The notes under the pieces are model-generated. The model made no database searches, was not told the DNA's origin, and saw only the letters and a list, made by a program, of their open reading frames with translations. From positions 620,001 through 684,000 of the forward strand of contig MCFH01000006.1 in assembly GCA_002104945.1 (NCBI GenBank): a stretch of DNA of 64,000 bases, read 5' to 3'. Made by a program: the position numbers and the translations under genes. The DNA comes from Piromyces finnis finn (lineage: Eukaryota; Fungi; Neocallimastigomycota). Positions 57,674 through 64,000 of the stretch are shown piece after piece. How positions within the stretch are numbered: position 1 is the stretch's first letter; every line of letters begins with the position of its first letter.

Positions 57674-60600
57674 ATGGGTATGTTAAAAATTTTAAAAGGC
57701 AAAAGTTCAAATAAACTTTACGTTAATAGTTCTAATACATATGATATTACCAAAAAACAATACAAAGAAATTAAAAGAAGAGCATGTCCTTGGAAATTTA
57801 CTGTAGTAGAAAGTAATAATGGTTCTTACTACAGTCGTGAAGTATTGGTATATTCCTATATTCAAAATAATGGTATTCAACAATTAAGATTTCAGAATAA
57901 AAAAGGTCATAAAATTTCAAGTCAGACTCAACTTCCATTTTATTTTAGTAAACCTTACAGTATTTCTACTGAATTTTATTACTATGAAATTAAGATTATC
58001 AAAAATAGTGATAGTAAAATTTATTTTGGTTTAGGTTTATCAAACTACACATTTTCAGATCTTCCTGGTACAACACCCGGTAGTGTTAGTTATAACACCT
58101 CAGGTTTAATTTACGCTAATGGTAGTGTAGCAGCTTATGCTCAAGTTGTTAATGAAGGTGATATTGTTGGTATTGGTTACTACCCATCAAATGGAAATAT
58201 CTTTTTTACACTTAATGGGAAATATATTCAAACTCTATCTGGTAGTGTTGTAAAAAAGCAACGTTTCTTCCCTCATTTAGGTAGTGATGGTGAATGTACT
58301 TTAGAAGTCAATTTTGGTATGAATCAGTTTGTTTACAAACCTAGTGATTATAATAAATATCTAACCACGGAGGAATTAAACAATATAAATATTAAGGAAA
58401 ATGAAAAAAATGATGAGGATTTAAACACAGTATTATTTAAGGATTCATATTCTTCCCTTCCAAAAGTAGACATTCCACAAACTGAATCTATTAAAGTTAA
58501 TGAGGCATCAAGTGAAGCTACAAATAATATATCCTATATTGAAAATGCTAACAAGAAAACAGGTAATTATCCAATTTAAAATCATATCACCCAATTCAAT
58601 CCATTGGATAATTAAATCATAAATATTATTTGGTTATCTATTATTATTGTTGTTGTTGTTGTTGTTGTTGTTTAATTATATTTTTTTTCCAAAATTAATA
58701 ATTCAAACTAACGTGTAATTGCAATTTTTTTTTTTCGTTTTATTTTAATGCTATCTTATAAAGATAATCAAGGTTTAGATTTCTTTGATTCTGTTGATAG
58801 TGCTGAAGTTAACTTTACTTCAAATATTCAAAATTCTTCTTCAACCTTATTTACACCTACCTCTGACTCATCCTCATTGAAATATAATTCATATGCATCT
58901 TCCTCTTCAACTATTTTCAATAGTAATAATAATAATTTTGGATCTAATGTTCAAACAACGTTATACCCAATTTGTGAAGATACTAGTGTCAATAATGAAT
59001 TAATTCCGGTTTCTAGTATGAATAGCATGTCTATATCTCAAAATCCATCTAATCCATTCTCACCAATGTATATGAATAACAATATGAATGGTGGTAATAT
59101 GAACACTAGTTTTACTAATTCACTAAATACTAGTTTTAGTAGTACTATGAATAATAATAACAACTATAATTATACAAACTATAATTCCACAGCATCTTCC
59201 TATAACCCAAATAATCCATTTAATAGTTTAGTGAGTAATATCAATACAACTAATAACTCAAATTTATTGCTTGGCGGTAATACTTCATTTGATAGTTCAT
59301 TTAGTAATACTAATAACTTTAGTACTGTAGGCCATAGTTTTACATATAATGATAGTTCTTTATTCAATAATAATTATTCCAATAGCAATAATAGCGCAAG
59401 TAAAAATAGTAATCCATTTGATAATAATAATTCTGAAATCAATAGATTTAATAGTTCTTTCACCAGTAGTAATAGTACAATGACCCCATTCAATAATAAC
59501 CAATTATTATCAAGTACTACTACTTCTAATTGGATATCAACATCTTCCAATGCAACATCAAGTCAAAATAATATGAATACTGGAACAACAAGCTTTGTTT
59601 CAAGTCCAATATTAACCCTCACTAAAACGATGTCTTTAAGAGATGACAAAAGAACGTCATTCTCTAATGTCGGAATAAATAATACAAAACATTTATCAAT
59701 TAATAATATTAATTTGACGACATCATCTCCTTCAATACGTTTAAATAGTAATAGTCGTGATTTATCAAATAAATCATTTTTAAATATCAATACAAATACA
59801 AGTAGTCCTGCTTTTTCTAATTTAAGCAGTAATCTTAGCTCTCCAATCAATTCACCATTTAGTTCTTCTCTAAATTCCCCATCAATGGCTGGATCACCTA
59901 ATCTTGGTAGTAATAATTTAGGCAATACTAGTATGAATGGCTTTAATAATGCTAATATTTTAGCCAATACTAGTATGAATGACATTAATAGTACAAATAA
60001 TTTAGCCAATACTAGTATGAATGACATTAATAGTACAAATAATTTAAGCAATACTAGTATGAATGACTTTAATAATGCTAATATTTTAGCCAATACTAGT
60101 ATGAATGACATTAATAGTACAAATAATTTAGGTAATACTAGTATGAGTGACTTTAATAATGCAAATATTTTAGCCAATACTAGTATGAGTGACTTTAATA
60201 ATGCAAATATTTTAGCCAATACTAGTATGAATGATTTTAATAATGCAAATATTTTAGCCAATACTAGTATGGACTCTAGTTTTTCCTTTAACAATAATAC
60301 TACGACGGGTATAGCTCATGCCAATACATACAATAGTTTCATGAGTAACAATAATACCAATACAAATTTGTCTAATTCTATTTTCAATAGAAATAGTTTT
60401 GCTGGTATTAATAACTCCATGAATGACACTTTTATTGGAAAAAGCCAAACAACCTTCATTCCATCTACTCCATCAAATAATAATTTGATAAAGAATTCCT
60501 ACTCCTTTACAATGAGTTCTTCTTCAAGCAATCCATTTAATACACCATTAAATAACAGTAGCAATACTTTATCTAATTTAAATAATCCATTTGGAACACC

Positions 60601-60838
60601 ATCTAATAGTAATAGTACAAAACAATTGACTTTTGAATCATCATCCCCTATTACATCCTCTAAAACTTTGTCCTATCATGCTCCAGTCTTATCAAGTAAT
60701 GGCCAAACAACCACTTCAACGACTGCATGGAATGATGCCTTTAGTTCATCTACTAATGATAATTTTAAGACTTCAACACCAATGATATCTTCTACTTCTC
60801 CAAAAATGGATACTCCTAATTTTATAAGTATTCATTAG
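57674..60838 (+). CDS. SPRY/B30.2-domain protein with a long Asn/Ser-rich tail containing NPF motifs (two exons, about 987 aa)
   Basis: Exon 1 (57674-58562) contains YYYEIKI...FGLG...LPG..PGSVSYNTSG...GDIVGIGY...IFFTLNG...FPHLG...EVNFG..FVY. Intron 58563-58763 has GTAATT, a CTAAC branch point at about 58708 and AAAG. Splicing joins G+AT in frame with ORF 58748..60838. Confidence 0.8.
59912..60273 (+). repeat. Coding 42-bp (14-aa) tandem repeat, about 9 units: N(N/I)L(A/G/S)NTSM(N/S)D(I/F)N(S/N)(T/A)
   Basis: Visible in both DNA (AATACTAGTATG in every unit) and protein. Confidence 0.9.
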
Positions 60839-61031
60839 ACATACGAAGGAATAACACCGCCCATCAAAGAGTGAAAAATAAAAAAAAAAATACTGTAATA
60901 CCAACAAAAGGTAAAACTGAAAATAAGTAAAACAAAAAAATTCTTTTTTTTTTTTTTTTCTCATCTTTATATACAAATAAAAAATCAAGATTAGAATAAT
61001 ATCCAAAAGCAAAAAAAAAAAAAAAAAAAAA

Positions 61032-61032
<1 letters not shown>

Positions 61033-61098
<66 letters not shown>
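61033..61098 (+). repeat. (AAT)n microsatellite
   Basis: Directly visible. Confidence 0.9.
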
Positions 61099-61101
<3 letters not shown>

Positions 61102-61859
61102 TAAAATACTAATATATAAATAAAATAAAAAATAATAATAGTAATAATAAAACTAAAGCGTCATTATATTATTGTCATCATTGTCATCATTGGTATTACA
61201 AATAAAAAGAAAATAAATAAAATATATATTAAAAGTTAATATAAATAATCAATAATTATTTCATATATATTTTTTAAAAAAGAAAAGAAAGAAAAGAAAA
61301 ATAATAATTATCATTTAATTTTATTTTATTTTTTTTTTAATATGAAAGTTTTTTTTCTTTCTTATTTCATTTTATTTTTTTCTTTTCTATTCCTTTTTTT
61401 TTTTTTTTTTTTTTTTTTAATCCTAACGATTCATTCCAACTTTTTTTTTTTTTTTATAATTTTTTTTTTATGTCTACCTCACTTCCCTCAAAAATATCTT
61501 AATTAGACGTATGATACTCTACCATACACTATTACTTATGGTCATTAATTTCAAGGCATGGTAAAAAAAAAAAAAAATATTATAAATAATAATATATAGT
61601 AATAAAATAAAAATAAATAAAAAATAAATGCATACATTATGATTAAATAACAGTAATAAAATTAAACAACGACAACAAAAAAAAAAAATAAAAAAAAAAA
61701 AAAAAATAACAACTCAAAATAATAAATAAATAAAAAGAAAATAAAAAAGAAAAAATAAAAAGAAAAAATATAAAAATAAATAATAATCAGAAGAATTGAA
61801 ATAAAATTAAAAAAAAAAAAAAAAGGTCCTTTTTAATTTTTAATTGAATATATATAAAC

Positions 61860-61890
<31 letters not shown>

Positions 61891-64000
61891 AATAAAATAA
61901 TAAACTATTTTATACCATACAAGTTTTCTTTTTTTCCTAATTAATTGATCCGATAAATAGTGATCTATTTATTAAATATATATATATATATATTAAATTA
62001 TTTCTCCATTTTACTTTAACTAGTTTTTGTGTTAATGCTTATATACGTCGTTTTAGTAAATGAAAAAAAAAAAAAAATTTTTTTTATATTATTGTTCATT
62101 TAATTAATAATATTCCCACAATGTCACATTATTCTTTGGAGTGAAAAGTCACATAAACTAGTGGAAAAGACTCATAGTAATAAATATCCTTTAAAAAAAG
62201 AGAGTCAGTTAAGTTATTATTATTTGAAAAAAAATTTATAATTCATAATTCAAAAGGAATTGGCATCGAAGAATAAGAAAAATTAAAGATCTTTTCGTCC
62301 TCTTTACTCTCTATGTAATTTTCTTTTATTAATTTGTGGTTTCATTTTAATTTTTATATATTTTATTTTTCTATTTTATTTAAATATAATGTATTTTAAT
62401 AAAACTAAAACATTAATAAATTCATTAATGCATTTTCAATATATATATATATACAAAACAATAAAAATATTTCTATACTAATTATTAAACATTACACATC
62501 TAAAGAAAATCCTACGAATATGAAAATGTATATGTTTCATGATCATGAAAATGTATAATGTAATGAAATCCTAACCTAACCATCTTTCTTTCTCATCTTG
62601 TCGTGATACTTTATATATACCTTATGTTTAATCGTTGGACATAATATAAAGAAAATTTTTTTTATATTTTTTTTAATGATTTAATAATTCTAATGATTGA
62701 CAAATAAAAATAACAATAACAATAAAAAATAGATAATGAATAAAGGATTCTACATTCTACTCTTTAGCTTATCATAACATTTTGATAGTCAATAACTAAT
62801 ATTAGCCAATTTAAAAAAAAAAAAGTATTTTTATATATTGATTTAAATAATCATTATACTTTAACAATAAAATTTATTCTATTACAACACTTTAAACCAA
62901 ATAGTTTCTTTTTTTTTTTATTTTTTTACTTTAACTTTTTTTTTCCTTATTCTATAAATATTAATAATTTTATTGAGATAATCCAATAAAAATGTATATA
63001 TTAAAATAGTTTATAAATTCTTTATATCTTTATCACTATCAATATTATTTATTATTAATGTACATTCAATTTTTAAACTCCGTTTATTTCTTATTAAAAG
63101 AATAAAGAATTGATGAAATTAACTAATAATCATTTTTATGTAATATCTAAAATAAAAAATAATATTAAATCTTGTTTTAAATTTCTAATTCTTTCATTAA
63201 ATATAAACCGACCGTTTTCAATTTTTTTAACCATTCTTTTAAACTTAATTATTTAAGAATCATTTCTACCGTTTATTTTTCTTTAACCTTTTTAACGGCA
63301 TGTTTCAATTATATCTAATTTTATTTTAAAGAGAAAACCTACTTTTCAATTTTTTTTCTATTTTTATGTTTTTACAATTAATAAAAAAATAGTACATTTT
63401 GGTGCAACAATGTATCAATAATTTGTCTCACCACCACAAAATTTCTATAAAATAAGATTTAAGCTATAACAATCAATTCCTCCTTTCTGTATTGCTTATG
63501 TTTTACAACCCCAACATTCCAATTTAACAAAATAGGTTTAAAATATCTAAAAGATGAAATTCTGAAACCTAAAAAATTATATATTTATAAATATAAAAAA
63601 AAAAATTTTTTTTTTGAATATTATAGGTTTCACAAAAAAAATTATACTTTCAAAAAAATTTATTATCAAATAATGAATTGATGAAATTTTTCCTATAATT
63701 TTTTCATGTAAAAAAAAAAAAAATTTCTAATCTTTTTTTTTTTTTCATTGAATATCTTTTCAATTTTTATTATTTAGTATTATTGCTTTGTATTCAATAG
63801 TTGCTAAAATATTTCATTCATTAGTTCATCAATTACTATTATTGCTTTTATTAATTATTTTTTTTTTACCCAATTAATATATAAATGAAAAACTATAAAT
63901 AGTTTAATACCAATAAATTCACTTGAATTTATTATGGAAGGTTGGCTTTTTTGAGGCAACATTTTACATTTTTTATTACAAAGAGTTATGATTAATTTAT

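Noticed and set aside
59912-60273. Regularly spaced repeats resembling a CRISPR array (also the 43-bp repeat at 16402)
   Set aside because: Contiguous tandem units with no unique spacers, eukaryotic context, and no cas genes.
59563-60294. 243-aa antisense Leu-rich repeat ORF (LKSFILVLAKIFA)
   Set aside because: Reverse-strand shadow of the 42-bp coding repeat; stop codons are absent by composition.

Overview
Extremely AT-rich (visually under 20% GC), intron-containing eukaryotic DNA with many (AAT)n microsatellites. It is most consistent with an anaerobic gut fungus (Neocallimastigomycota); this is inferred from composition, intron style, a flagellar gene and a plant-wall enzyme homolog. Ordinary genes are the 3' end of a RasGEF, cystathionine beta-synthase, an LRRC23-like flagellar LRR protein (7 exons), an M36 fungalysin, a pectin methylesterase homolog with altered catalytic residues, a Ran1/Pat1-like kinase, and a two-exon SPRY + NPF-motif protein. 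The striking region is about 22.7-42.8 kb. It holds seven intact copies and three degenerate copies of an intronless gene for a secreted Pro/Thr/Glu/Lys-rich repeat protein, with the intact copies in strictly alternating orientation. Each intact gene plus about 0.55 kb of upstream DNA forms one arm of an inverted repeat. The spacers between genes run forward, forward, reverse, reverse, reverse, forward, forward. This pattern fits a ~6 kb tandem array whose central block was inverted by crossover between copies 3 and 6, and these two copies carry reciprocally swapped flanks. Repeat modules and diagnostic variants are shuffled in mosaic fashion among copies. The locus is a candidate recombination-diversified (shufflon-like) surface or secreted protein array. 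All exon boundaries and alignments were read by eye; no database searches were run.
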